Below are positions 50,798-61,138 of a stretch of 64,000 nucleotides of DNA, one piece after another. Under the pieces are notes generated by a model. The model ran no database searches. It was given only the letters and a program-made list of their open reading frames with translations, and was not told the DNA's origin. The position numbers and the translations under genes are program-made. Within the stretch, counting starts at the first letter, position 1. Each line of letters opens with the position of its first letter. The stretch is from an uncultured delta proteobacterium (GTDB taxonomy: Bacteria > Desulfobacterota > Desulfomonilia > Desulfomonilales > Desulfomonilaceae), in the NCBI GenBank assembly GCA_963809365.1, contig CAWEJR010000023.1, forward strand, positions 97,390 through 161,389, written 5' to 3'.

Positions 50798-51095
50798 AGG
50801 GGCGCACCTGCGTGTGCGCCCAAAGAGCGGGCAGACACGCAGGTCTGCCCCTACAAGAGTTCCTATCTCGCCCATTAGAATGGGGATTCTTCTCTCGTTC
50901 CCAGGCTCCGCCTGGGAATGCTTCATGAGGAGGCTCTGCCTCCGTTAATGGCAGGATTTGAGTATACACCGGGCAGAGCCCGGAAGACATGGATTCCCAG
51001 GCAGAGCCTGGGAACCAGAGGATGACGGTCGCAATAATTAGGAGTTTTTGGGGAGGGGTCCGGGGAGGGACTTTTTGCAAAAAGTCCCTCCCCGG
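50798..51095. repeat. intergenic array of different palindromic REP-like elements (family D units plus a family B palindrome)
   Basis: Units: GGCGCACctgcgtGTGCGCC, GGGCAGACacgcaGGTCTGCCC, TTCCCAGGCtccgCCTGGGAA, TTCCCAGGCagagCCTGGGAA, and CCGGGGAGGGACTTTTTgcAAAAAGTCCCTCCCCGG (51060-51095). Confidence 0.7.
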
Positions 51096-51112
51096 TTACT
51101 TTTGCATGTCTT

Positions 51113-52279
51113 CTAGCCGATCTTCTCTGCAATCAACTCGGACAGGTCCATCACTTTAAGCTCTTCGGATTTGCCCATCACGTTGCACGAATCTTCGAGC
51201 ATGGTTATGCAGTACGGGCAGGAGGTAACCAGGGTCTTGGCGCCCGCGTCGATAGCCTCGGTAATCCGCAGCTCCGCAAACCGCTCACCTGCCTTGGTTT
51301 CCATCCAGACTCTTCCGCCGCCACCGCCGCAGCACAGGCTGTTCTTGCGGTTGCGGGAGAGTTCTTTCGGCTCGGAACCGGGAATGGCTGCGATCAGCTC
51401 GCGGGGCGCATCATAGATCTCGTTGTGACGTCCCAGATAGCACGGATCATGCATGGCCACAGGACCGGCGGCATCCCCCGAGAGCTTCAATTTTCCGTCA
51501 GCCACCGCTTGAGCGAGGACCTCAGTGTAGTGGTAGACTTCCCATTTTCCACCCAGGTCTGGATACTCGTTTTTGAATGTGTAAAGGCAGTGAGGCGAAG
51601 TGACGATGATCTTTTTCACGCCTTTGCTGTTGTAAAGGTCGATGTTGGATTTAGCCAACTTCTGGAAGAGTTCCTCGTCGCCTACCTTGCGGATGGACTC
51701 TCCGCAGCAGCTCTCCTCGTTGCCGATGATGCCGAAGCTGATACCCGCGGCCTGCAGTGCCTTGGCAACCGAGCGCGCGATCTTCTGGCTCCTGACATCG
51801 TAACAGGAGGTACAGCATATTGAGAGGAAATACTCGGTATTTTCCGAGAAGGTGGGGATGTCTATATCCTTGATCCACTCAGTCCGCTTGCCTCGGTCGC
51901 CGGACCACGGGTTCCCCTGAGCGTGCAGGCTCCCTGCGATGGGCTTGAGGCTCGGTGGGATCGTCCCCACCTCAGCCATCATGCTGCGCATCCCTCTGAC
52001 GTTGCCGATGATATCCACGCCTCTCGGGCAGCGATCCACGCAGGTCTTGCACGTGGTGCAGGCAAAAAGGCAATTCTCGGATTCAAACCCCTCCAGACCA
52101 AGTTGGCCGAGGCGCTGCACCATCCTTATGTTGAACTGCTCCGATGCCTCGCCGGGTACCAGACGGTAGGGGCAGGAGCCTGTACAGAGGCCACATTGCA
52201 TGCACCAGTAGAGCGTTTCAGCTCCCGAGTATACGATAGCGTCGCTAACTTCCAGTTCGGGTGTTCTTGTTTCCATCAT
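51113..52279 (-). CDS. HdrD-like Fe-S protein (2x[4Fe-4S] ferredoxin plus CCG domains)
   Basis: CMQCGLCTGSCP and CTTCKTCVDRCP, then Cys-rich CCG-type segments (ESCCGES, LCCGGGGG). Confidence 0.8.
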   Translation of the reverse strand: MMETRTPELEVSDAIVYSGAETLYWCMQCGLCTGSCPYRLVPGEASEQFNIRMVQRLGQLGLEGFESENCLFACTTCKTCVDRCPRGVDIIGNVRGMRSMMAEVGTIPPSLKPIAGSLHAQGNPWSGDRGKRTEWIKDIDIPTFSENTEYFLSICCTSCYDVRSQKIARSVAKALQAAGISFGIIGNEESCCGESIRKVGDEELFQKLAKSNIDLYNSKGVKKIIVTSPHCLYTFKNEYPDLGGKWEVYHYTEVLAQAVADGKLKLSGDAAGPVAMHDPCYLGRHNEIYDAPRELIAAIPGSEPKELSRNRKNSLCCGGGGGRVWMETKAGERFAELRITEAIDAGAKTLVTSCPYCITMLEDSCNVMGKSEELKVMDLSELIAEKIG

Positions 52280-52287
52280 GTTTCCTT

Positions 52288-54427
52288 CTAGAAACCTTTG
52301 TACGGGTTCGGGCCGAGTTCTTCCAGCCTTGCGGTGAACTCCTCCAGGATTTGCGGGATTCTCCAGTAGTCGTCGATTGATATCTGCTCCAATCGTATCC
52401 TGTCAGATTCGAGCACCAACCGGTCCAGGGTCTCTTTTATCTTGCTCATTCGGGTATCTGCCAACTCACTCCCTTTAATGAAATGGCACTGGTAATCATC
52501 GCCGAACCGACAGCCGAAGAGCACTATCCCATCGATTCCCTTGGATAGTGCGTCTGCTATCCAGACCAGGTTTATAGAGCCCAAGCACCTCAAGGGGATA
52601 AAGCGCACCCACGGCGGGTACTGCAACTTGTGAAGACCCACCATGTCCAATGCAGGAAAAGCGTCGTTTTCGCAGATAAATCCTATAACGCGAGGCTTCT
52701 CGTCATATTCATCAGGCACGTTGATCGATTTTATCATGGAGCCGATCATGTCCACGGAATAGTTATTAAAGGATATGATGCGCTCCGGACAGGAACCCAT
52801 GCAGATTGCGCAGCGCCGACAGCGTGTCGGATGCGGCAACGGGGTCCCTTTTTCGTCTTCGTTGTACATGCCGAACGGGCATTCCTCGGTGCATCGTTTG
52901 CACTGTGTACATCGCTGTATGAACAGTTCGGGGTAGGACAAATCACCGGCACGAGGATGGACAGCCTTACCCTGCGAGGTAAGCTCAACGCACTGAATGG
53001 CTTTCAGAGCCGCGCCGGTCCCATCGCTGGTTGCCCTGGACGCGGTCATGGGCTGCCTAACGCACCCCGCGGTATAGATACCCGTCCGCCGTGTCTCATA
53101 CGGGAAGCAGACGAAGTGAGAGTCCGGGAAACCGTACTTCAGCTCCGGCAACGCGGGTCCCTGGCGATACTCAAGGTTGAGGATCGGGTCGTCCAACACC
53201 GCGGGCTGCATGCCTGTCGCCAGGACCACCAGGTCGGCCTGCATCTGAACCGGTTCGCCCAGCAGTTCGTCCATCGTCTCGATGGACAGCTTGTGGTCGG
53301 TTCCCTCGCTGATCGCGACCTGTGATGTGTCGGTCTTTACGAAGACAACGCCGTCCTTCTGCACTTTCTTGTAGAATTCTTCATGCTGTTCGGGAGTCCG
53401 GATGTCTTTGTAGAAGACGACGACCTTGTTTTCTTCGTTTTGCTCCTTCACGTACAGGGCCTGTTTCAGAGAGACCCGGCAGCAGACTGCGCTGCAGTAC
53501 GGCAGATGGTTCTGATCGCGGGAGCCCGCGCACTGGATGAATGCAACGACCGAGGGCTCTGAGCCGTCGGAAGGGCAAGTGATCTTCCCGGCCTTGGCCA
53601 TTTCTTCCATCTGGACATTGGTAATGACATCGGGGAATTTGCCGTACGAGAGGTGCTCCAGTTTGGTAGCATCGTAAGGCTTCATTCCCGCAGCCAGCAC
53701 GATAGAACCGACCTTGTGGGTCCCACCGCCGTTAGCAAGCGTGACGTCAAACATGCCGGGCGCGCCGGAAATCTTTTCAATCGTTGTGCCGGTATGGACA
53801 GCGATGGTGCTCTCGGCTCTTACCAGATCGGCGGTCCTCTTGTACGGTGATCTCTTCGATCTCCTGGTACGGCGGGCCAGTTGGCGTGGTCTTGTGCCAT
53901 TTGGCCATATGTCCGCCCAGGTCGGGCTCTTTTTCCACCAGCATGACCGAATAGCCGGCACGTGCGGCATCCAGGGACGCTTGCAGACCTGAGACTCCTC
54001 CTCCGACAACCAGGACGGTCTTGTCCGCTGCTTCCTGGTACGGTTTGGGCAGGGTCGATTTCTCCACTCTGGTAATGGCCATCCGCATATAATCTTCGGC
54101 CATCATCTGGGTGTCTTCTGCTCCGGCCGGTTGGCACCAGGCCACGTGCTCCCGGATATTCAGCCTTTCAAGTATGGTGGTCATGGGATCGAACTCGAAA
54201 ACGTCCGTTTTGACCCGCCCGGAACACGCCGCTGCCACCACGCAGTTGACCGCGCCGGATTCTATATCGTTTCTGATTAGCCCAGCCCCTTCTTCGCTGC
54301 AAAGGGTGGGATGACTCTCAGTCTTGGCTATTTTGAACTCGTTGGCTACGCCGGAGAGGGCCTCCACGTCTATGGATTCTCCGATACCGCATCCCGAGCA
54401 TATATAGACCCCGATTTTCTGATCCAT
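52288..54427 (-). CDS. qmoB: QmoB-like HdrA-family flavoprotein with MvhD-like C-terminus; +1 frameshift near 53830-53840
   Basis: MDQKIGVYICSGCGIGE N-terminus, FAD motif VVGGGVSGLQAS, CTQCKRCTEECP and CRRCAICMGSCP, MvhD-like tail (IGFICENDAFPA...LRCLGS). The two ORFs overlap at 53777-54009. Confidence 0.75.
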
Positions 54428-54432
54428 AAACA

Positions 54433-55689
54433 CTACCTCCCCATCGTCCGCTGAATTGCTTTGAGCGCCGCAGCCGTTGCATCCTGCAGGCAAGCCGCGA
54501 CTTCCATGGGCGCTTTGACACAGCCGGCCGGAATGATCCCCGAGTCTCCGGACGCGGTCACAAAACCGAAATCGTCATATTCCATCTCAAGGGTCGGTTT
54601 CACAGTTGCCGTGCCGGGAACCATGCCCACGGCCAGGACCGCGAGATCAACCACTTCTTTGACCATTGCCCCTTGGCTGATGTCCTCACCTTCAACAAGG
54701 ACGCCGCCGGATTCCGGATCTTCAGAAATCCGAGAAATTTTGCTCTTTATGAGCGTTACGTTCTCGTCCTGGCTCACCTTGGTATAGAAATCCTCGTATT
54801 TTCCCATGGCGCGCACGTCAATATAGTAGATAAAGGCTTTGCTTTCAGGCGCCTGCTCCCTTATGTACGTGGCCTGCTTGAGCGAAGCCAGACAACAGAT
54901 TCCGGAACAATAGGCGAGGTGGTTCTCGTCTCTTGAGCCTGCGCACTGGACAAACGCGACGCTCTTCACCTCTTTGCCGTCGGATGGTCTCAGGATTTTT
55001 CCGCCGGTGGGTCCGTTGTGTGAGGCCAGTCGTTCAAACATGACACTGGTCACAACATTGGGAATCCGTCCCAAGCCCAGGTAGTCCACGTTCGCGGCCT
55101 CGTAAGGGTCCCAGCCTGTGGCCCACACTACCGCTCCCACATTGTAAGTGACCTTCTCGGGCTGCATATCGAGGTCTATGGCGTTGTAGGCACATGCCTC
55201 CGCGCACTTCTGGGCTTCCGGAGTCCCTATGATTTCCGGCGCCAGCACGTACTTGAACGGGAACGCCATCGAATGGGGCAAGTAAGCTGCCGGGACCGTA
55301 TCCATATTGTAGTTTACAGGATTCGGGATCCGGGTCTCGGACACCTCCCCACACTTGCCGCAAACCGTGCAGTTGTCGTTTACGTAACGAGGTTTCAGCA
55401 GCACTGTAACTTCATAGCTGCCTGGCCCCCCCGAGATCGATTCCACTTCCGCCAGAGTATGGAAAGTTATCTTGGGATTCTGTTTGATGCGCCTGAAGTT
55501 TATCTCCAGGCCACAGTTGGTAGGGCAGAGCTTGGGGAAATACTGATTGAGAAGGGTCACGCGCCCGCCCAGATAGGGATTCTTTTCCACGAGGACTACG
55601 TCTGCTCCTGCTTCGGCGGCTTCAATGGCAGCGGTCATCCCGCTTATCCCGCCTCCGACTACCAGGATTTTTCGCTCTTCATCACCCAT
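54433..55689 (-). CDS. qmoA: QmoA-like HdrA-family flavoprotein
   Basis: 418 aa. ILVVGGGISGMTAAIEAAEAG FAD motif and HdrA-type CAGSRD...YCSGICC block. Lies immediately upstream of qmoB, whose GGAGG SD sits within the qmoA 3' end. Confidence 0.75.
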   Translation of the reverse strand: MGDEERKILVVGGGISGMTAAIEAAEAGADVVLVEKNPYLGGRVTLLNQYFPKLCPTNCGLEINFRRIKQNPKITFHTLAEVESISGGPGSYEVTVLLKPRYVNDNCTVCGKCGEVSETRIPNPVNYNMDTVPAAYLPHSMAFPFKYVLAPEIIGTPEAQKCAEACAYNAIDLDMQPEKVTYNVGAVVWATGWDPYEAANVDYLGLGRIPNVVTSVMFERLASHNGPTGGKILRPSDGKEVKSVAFVQCAGSRDENHLAYCSGICCLASLKQATYIREQAPESKAFIYYIDVRAMGKYEDFYTKVSQDENVTLIKSKISRISEDPESGGVLVEGEDISQGAMVKEVVDLAVLAVGMVPGTATVKPTLEMEYDDFGFVTASGDSGIIPAGCVKAPMEVAACLQDATAAALKAIQRTMGR

Positions 55690-56051
55690 GAACTACCTCC
55701 GTGTAATATGTCAGGTCTGATTCCGGTTGATCTTCAATCTGTTATCCTTGAAGCGCTTCGCGGCACAGCCTGCGACGTAAATTGATTCCCGCGGCCATAC
55801 TCAAACGAGCCAAATCATCCGATATGCCGAAAGAGGGCATCAGGGATGATTGTTGACGGCTTTGTTTGAACTCGTAAGCAGTGATGCTCGACGATACAGT
55901 GTCCGGAGGGGCAACTAGTTAATATTCTATCATCTTGTGCGATTTGTCAACTACTCACAGCGCCTAGGAGAAAATACGTCATGCCTATAAAAACGGAAAT
56001 GATTATGGTATAATATAATAAAAGATCAAAGGATAGGAATACATAGGAAGC

Positions 56052-58706
56052 ATGAGCATCATGCAGGAACAACTCATACACTCAGCCCGTGTCGGTAATC
56101 TGGCAGCGGTTCAAGAAATCCTGGCCGCAGGGGCGGATGTAAACGCCGATAGCCCCGATGGAACCGCATTAATGGCCGCTACATTGGGGGGGCATTGGGC
56201 TGTAGTGAAATTGCTCCTCGAGGCCGGCGCAGAGGTTAACGCTGGAGATACTTCCGGAAACTCCGCTCTGATGGAGGCTTCTCTTGCAGGCCATGCCCGG
56301 ATCGTCCAACTCTTGCTGGATGAGGGGGCTGAGATCAACGCGGCCAACACGGAAGGGGACACCGCGCTGCACAAAGCCGCCCTATGGGGACATACAGAAA
56401 CCGCGGCCTTGCTTTGCAAATGTGGCGCGGCCGTCGATACTCCTGACCGAGAAGGAAATACCCCACTGGGTTGGGCGATCAGACAGGGGCACGTGCAAGT
56501 GGTCGAATTGCTACTGGACGCCGGAGCTCATGCGGGCGCGGAAGACACTGCGCACAGGACTGCGTTGCGTCTGGCTGCGGCATCAGGCCACCCTGAAGTG
56601 GTTGAGTTGCTTCTAGACCGTGGTGCGGACGTCGACGCAGAAGACGGGTCCGGAGACACACCTTTAATTGCTGCTGCCAGAGCCGGAGATGCTGAGTTGG
56701 TCGAGTTGCTCCTTGAAAGAGGGGCCGAGGTCAATACCAAGGAGAGTCGGTACGGGTGCACCGCGCTGTTCTGGGCCTGCTCCAAGGGCCATTCGGATGT
56801 GGCGGAACGTCTCCTGGCTCGAGGGGCTGATATCCAGGTACGCAACAAATATGGCAGCACGCCTTTGATGTGGGCCTCATTCAAGGGACGCGCAGCGGTG
56901 GTGAGGCTTCTGCTCACTCAAGGGGCCCGAGTCAACGTCCAGAACCTGTTTGGAGTCACCCCTCTAATTTTGGCCTCTCGTGCAAATCATCCGATGGTTG
57001 TGGAGATTCTCCTGGCCTGGGGGGCCGACGTCAATGCCTGTGACAAAGATGGAAAGACAGCCTTGATCTGCGCTGCCGGGGCTGGCGGTGTTGCCGTTGC
57101 AAGCCTCTTGCTGGATCGGGGAGCCGACGTGAACGCCCACAGCAAATATGGCAACTCAGCCCTCTTCTGGGCATCCTATAAGAGTCATGCGTCGATGGTA
57201 AGACTTTTGTTAGCCCGAGGCGCGAACATAAATGCGCGGAACAATAACAACCACACGCCATTGTTCTGGGCCTCCTTCAGCGGGAACGAAGAAGTGGTGG
57301 GTCTCCTTCTGAATAGTGGAGCCGACCTCACCGTTAGGGACAAGAGATACAAGAGCACCGCTCTGTTCTGGGCCGCGTACACGGGTCATACCGAGGCCGT
57401 GAAACTTCTCCTGACCAAACGATCGGATGTTCATACACGGGACGGCTCCGGGAATACACCCTTGCTGTGGGCGGCCAGGGCAGGGAAGGCCCGGATGGTG
57501 GAATTCCTTTTGAACCGGGGAGCATACCCCAACGCGCACAGCAGAACCGGCTGTACCCCGCTGTTCTGGGCTTGTGACAGAGGCGACGTTGAGTTAGCCC
57601 GCATCCTGCTGGAGGGGGGCGCCTCGGCTGACGGACGAGGAAAAAACGGCACTCATCCCTTGCTATGGGCTGCCTGGAAGGGGCATCTTTCGGTACTGGA
57701 CCTTCTCCTGTCCGCGGGAGCCGACGTCAATGCTCATGACAGGAAGCACAGCATCACGGCCTTGTCCTGGGCATCGTACAAGGGCGATCCAGCCGTCGTG
57801 GATCTTCTGCTTGCTCAAGGGGCGGATGTCCATGCTACGGATACGAGATACGGTAATACCAGCCTATTCTGGGCGGCAGTGAAGGGGCACGAGCTTGTGG
57901 TTGAACTTCTCTTGTCCAGGGGCGCGGATGTCAATGCCCGGAATAAATTCGGAAAGACGCCGCTTATGGCCGCAGCAATTGGAGGCCACAGCCACGTGGT
58001 GGAGCTTCTCCTACGACGCGGCGCGAAGACGGACGCGGGCAGTAACCAAGGGACCACTGCCTTGTCATACGCGCTGAGGTTGGGGCGCGCGGAGGCTACA
58101 GAAGCACTATTGGCAGAAGGGACTGAGCTTACAGGCAGCACCATTGAGGCAGGCAATGCCTTGCTCGATGCATCGTATTGGAATCACACGCGGATCGTCC
58201 GTTTTCTTCTGGACCGTGGGGCGGACATCAATGCCAGAGACGGCGAATACGGCAATACCTCGTTATTTTGGGCCTGCCACAAAGGCAGCAAGGAGGTGCT
58301 GGAACTCCTTCTGGAACACGGGGCTGACGTCAACGCGACAAATAAGTTCGGAAATACTCCCTTATTCTGGGCCGCGGCCAAGGGGCAGGCCGAAATCGTT
58401 GAACTCCTCCTTTCCTGGGGAGCCGACGTCCGAGCGCGAGACAGAGACGGGAAAACTGCATTGATGGTTGCCGCTGCTGCGGGCTCTCTGGAAGTCGCCA
58501 AAATGCTGGTTGCCGCGGGCGCGGATGTGAACGCCAAGACAGACTTCGGCTGGACGGCTCTGATGGAAGCCTATTTTGAAGGCTACCCTGAAGTCGCGGC
58601 GTTCCTAAACGAAGTGGGAGCGAATCTGACCGGCTTTTTGGAGGGTCAATACCTTGCACGAAGCAGCGCGGATGAACTCAGATGGCTGGCAGGGACGGCG
58701 GATTAA
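56052..58706 (+). CDS. giant ankyrin-repeat protein (~26 ANK repeats)
   Basis: 884 aa of near-continuous 33-residue units (G.TPL..A...GH..VV.LLL..GADVNA). No signal peptide and no other domain visible. Confidence 0.9.
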   Translation: MSIMQEQLIHSARVGNLAAVQEILAAGADVNADSPDGTALMAATLGGHWAVVKLLLEAGAEVNAGDTSGNSALMEASLAGHARIVQLLLDEGAEINAANTEGDTALHKAALWGHTETAALLCKCGAAVDTPDREGNTPLGWAIRQGHVQVVELLLDAGAHAGAEDTAHRTALRLAAASGHPEVVELLLDRGADVDAEDGSGDTPLIAAARAGDAELVELLLERGAEVNTKESRYGCTALFWACSKGHSDVAERLLARGADIQVRNKYGSTPLMWASFKGRAAVVRLLLTQGARVNVQNLFGVTPLILASRANHPMVVEILLAWGADVNACDKDGKTALICAAGAGGVAVASLLLDRGADVNAHSKYGNSALFWASYKSHASMVRLLLARGANINARNNNNHTPLFWASFSGNEEVVGLLLNSGADLTVRDKRYKSTALFWAAYTGHTEAVKLLLTKRSDVHTRDGSGNTPLLWAARAGKARMVEFLLNRGAYPNAHSRTGCTPLFWACDRGDVELARILLEGGASADGRGKNGTHPLLWAAWKGHLSVLDLLLSAGADVNAHDRKHSITALSWASYKGDPAVVDLLLAQGADVHATDTRYGNTSLFWAAVKGHELVVELLLSRGADVNARNKFGKTPLMAAAIGGHSHVVELLLRRGAKTDAGSNQGTTALSYALRLGRAEATEALLAEGTELTGSTIEAGNALLDASYWNHTRIVRFLLDRGADINARDGEYGNTSLFWACHKGSKEVLELLLEHGADVNATNKFGNTPLFWAAAKGQAEIVELLLSWGADVRARDRDGKTALMVAAAAGSLEVAKMLVAAGADVNAKTDFGWTALMEAYFEGYPEVAAFLNEVGANLTGFLEGQYLARSSADELRWLAGTAD

Positions 58707-59058
58707 CGCGATAGCCAAAAGTAGTATCCGATACTGAGGATGATTTGGTGGGGACGCCCCGTGCGGAGTTGCCCGTTTTCAGGACAGGCAAGATGAACGT
58801 CTCAAAAAAACCGAAGCGAATGAATTCTAGCCGAATACCTCACGTGTCCCTCTCCCAGGAGAGGAATCTAGAGCGCATTGCTCCTCGGGAGAGGTTGGGG
58901 TACAAGAAACCGCATCGCAGCCTCAATCGTGGCACTATATTCGCAATTTCCGGGTTTTGAGACAGTCTCAGATGCTTGTCCCACCGATCTGGGGCCGGGA
59001 TGGATGTGTATTCAGCTAGCGTAGGGCGCTATGCCCTACCGGGGCCATACAACAGGTG

Positions 59059-59937
59059 TTAATTCCCGGGGAAGCCTCGATCCAGCATCAACAGGGACAG
59101 AAATTTCGGAACCAGCGGTCCATAAGCGGTTCTCACGGTTTGATTGTGAGCCACGGCAATTTCGAGAAAGTTCCTGATCAAGATTCTCCCCTCAGGCCGA
59201 GTACTGTAAGAACTTTCGGGATGCCCCTGAACTCCGTAAACCGGCTTGGTAGGGTGGCGCATGATCTGGTTGGGACTGCGCTTGTCCGATGCCAGCAACA
59301 GAAAACCGGGGGGCAACACCTTGACTTCGTCAAAGTGGCTTTCCAGAATTCGCAGCTTGCCGTCAATACCTCTGAAGATCGGATCAGAGGTCGTGAGCGT
59401 AAGCGGCACCACCCCGCCCTGGCGTTCACGGGTGTACGGCATGCAATCATCTTCACCGGCCCTTATTGGACCGACCTTGCCCCCGAATGCCAGAGCGAGG
59501 GCTTGATGGCCACCACATATCCCCAATATAGGGATATTCATCTCTTCGGCCGCCATAGGTAACATCCAGAGGAAATTCTGAAGGGAAACCCCCATTTCGC
59601 CATTGTAGCGGCACCACGGCGTTCCCTGGGGGCTGAGAATGATAAAAGACGGTTGAAGCTCTGCAAGCCACTCAGGGGTCACCTTGCTGAAGTGAACAAT
59701 TAGACCGTTGGGATTGCCGCTCAGCTCTTTAACGACTGAAAATACATGCCTGCACCCCCTCGAGCATCCGTCAGGAGATAGGCCCACCATCACCCACGGA
59801 CGAGCGTATGAGGGAGGGGCTTTTGGGCTGATGGTACCTGACGGCTCTTTCGCCGAAACGTTCGCGGCAAAGGCCACTGCTATCAGGCTAAAGACCAGAA
59901 GATGCCACCCGACGCGGATGTGCCGAAAAAGCTTCAT
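59059..59937 (-). CDS. class-I glutamine amidotransferase-like protein with N-terminal signal/anchor
   Basis: Nucleophile elbow ILGICGGHQALA and VYGVQGHPE His-Glu motif. N-terminus MKLFRHIRVGWHLLVFSLIAVAFAANVSA after trimming to Met23. Confidence 0.65.
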   Translation of the reverse strand: MKLFRHIRVGWHLLVFSLIAVAFAANVSAKEPSGTISPKAPPSYARPWVMVGLSPDGCSRGCRHVFSVVKELSGNPNGLIVHFSKVTPEWLAELQPSFIILSPQGTPWCRYNGEMGVSLQNFLWMLPMAAEEMNIPILGICGGHQALALAFGGKVGPIRAGEDDCMPYTRERQGGVVPLTLTTSDPIFRGIDGKLRILESHFDEVKVLPPGFLLLASDKRSPNQIMRHPTKPVYGVQGHPESSYSTRPEGRILIRNFLEIAVAHNQTVRTAYGPLVPKFLSLLMLDRGFPGN

Positions 59938-60016
59938 TGGTGAGTCCATGAGTACAGTCTGGGATGGACCACCCTTATACACCATCGACCAATCCGAAGA
60001 CAACTTGAAATCGTCG

Positions 60017-60553
60017 TCACATAATTTTCAGAGCGCGTTCCTTTTCACTGTATACGCAACCGCAGTATTTCTGTCGGTAAAGGCCTAGTTTCCGGTACCT
60101 TCTCACACCTTCGTTCCAGCCGGTGCGCCAGTCTCTATAAACAAACGGGATTCCGTATTTCTCAGATACTGCTTCACAAACCGACTTCAGGAGTTCGTGG
60201 TTCTGAAAACGGCTGTAAAGCAACGTAGTAGAGAAAGCGTCAAACCCCTTGGCCTCGGCGAGCCGGGCGATTTTGTCCATCCTGAAGTTAAAGCAGATTC
60301 GGCAACGTTGAGATTCTCGAAAGGCCACCTCTCGAAGCCATTCTTCCATGCCTTCCCGGAAATCCTCGTTGAGTACCCGCACATTGTTTTCGCGGGTATA
60401 GACGGTAAAGGCATCCAGTCTGCGTAGGTATTCTGTGTAAGGGTGTATGTTGGGATTGAAGAACACAGCAGTAATCTCGTGGCCTTCAGAGCGCAGATCA
60501 TCAAGAGGGTGCACCAGACAAGGTGCACAGCACGCATGAAGAAGAATTCTCAT
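60017..60553 (-). CDS. queH: epoxyqueuosine reductase QueH (DUF208)
   Basis: 178 aa with ILLHACCAPC, FFNPNIHPYTEY and C-terminal YCGCVYS. Confidence 0.85.
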   Translation of the reverse strand: MRILLHACCAPCLVHPLDDLRSEGHEITAVFFNPNIHPYTEYLRRLDAFTVYTRENNVRVLNEDFREGMEEWLREVAFRESQRCRICFNFRMDKIARLAEAKGFDAFSTTLLYSRFQNHELLKSVCEAVSEKYGIPFVYRDWRTGWNEGVRRYRKLGLYRQKYCGCVYSEKERALKIM

Positions 60554-60646
60554 GAAAAAGGTTGTCTCCTTTCAGTCGTCGTGGTATGAGTTTTGCCGTG
60601 AACCGGCCTTACAGAGCCCGGAATGTTATTCCAGATCGTGTTAGTC

Positions 60647-61138
60647 ATGAAACGAATTGCTTGCCTGTTGATCCTGATTTCATTACTGTATCCGCCGATA
60701 TCCCGAGGAGCCGATGAAGCGGTCTTTCTCAACGCTTTCGGCGAGACCGCGACCGCTTATCTCAACGACTCTTTTCTCCTGTTGGGAACTACGGCTGACG
60801 GGTTCGTGGCAGACATAATCCCCAAAGCAACTGCGCTTGAGATCGTCAAGAACGTCCAAAAACGAGTCCAGATGATTCGGGCGAAGTTCCAGGCCGTTGC
60901 CGCGAGCCGGATTTCGAAGGCGGACAAACAGCTCATCGGACTCCTGGACAATGCTTATGGCTGCATGGATCATCAAGCCTGGGCATTGATCCAGTACGTT
61001 CAAGAAAAGACGCCTGACACGGCCCGCCGCTTCGAAGGACAGAGGACGGACTGCCTCAGCCACATGAAAAAAATAGCTGACTTCTACTCGACTTTACCTC
61101 CATCGCCGGAAGTCCCGAAACCCCTCAGCACGCGCTGA
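60647..61138 (+). CDS. secreted hypothetical protein
   Basis: Trimmed to MKRIACLLILISLLYPPISRGA, a signal peptide. Confidence 0.45.
   Translation: MKRIACLLILISLLYPPISRGADEAVFLNAFGETATAYLNDSFLLLGTTADGFVADIIPKATALEIVKNVQKRVQMIRAKFQAVAASRISKADKQLIGLLDNAYGCMDHQAWALIQYVQEKTPDTARRFEGQRTDCLSHMKKIADFYSTLPPSPEVPKPLSTR

Noticed and set aside
20882-51095. Repeated palindromes, considered as a possible CRISPR array.
   Set aside because: The copies are dispersed singly or in heterogeneous clusters. There are no regularly spaced identical repeats with unique spacers, and no cas genes.
53777-54009. The qmoB ORF overlap, considered as a possible Sec (UGA) recoding site as in some HdrA proteins.
   Set aside because: The two halves are in different frames (+1 shift) and are not separated by an in-frame UGA.
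56111-58659. Numerous ORFs of 60-129 aa on both strands inside the ankyrin gene.
   Set aside because: These are off-frame or antisense readings of the repetitive ANK coding sequence.
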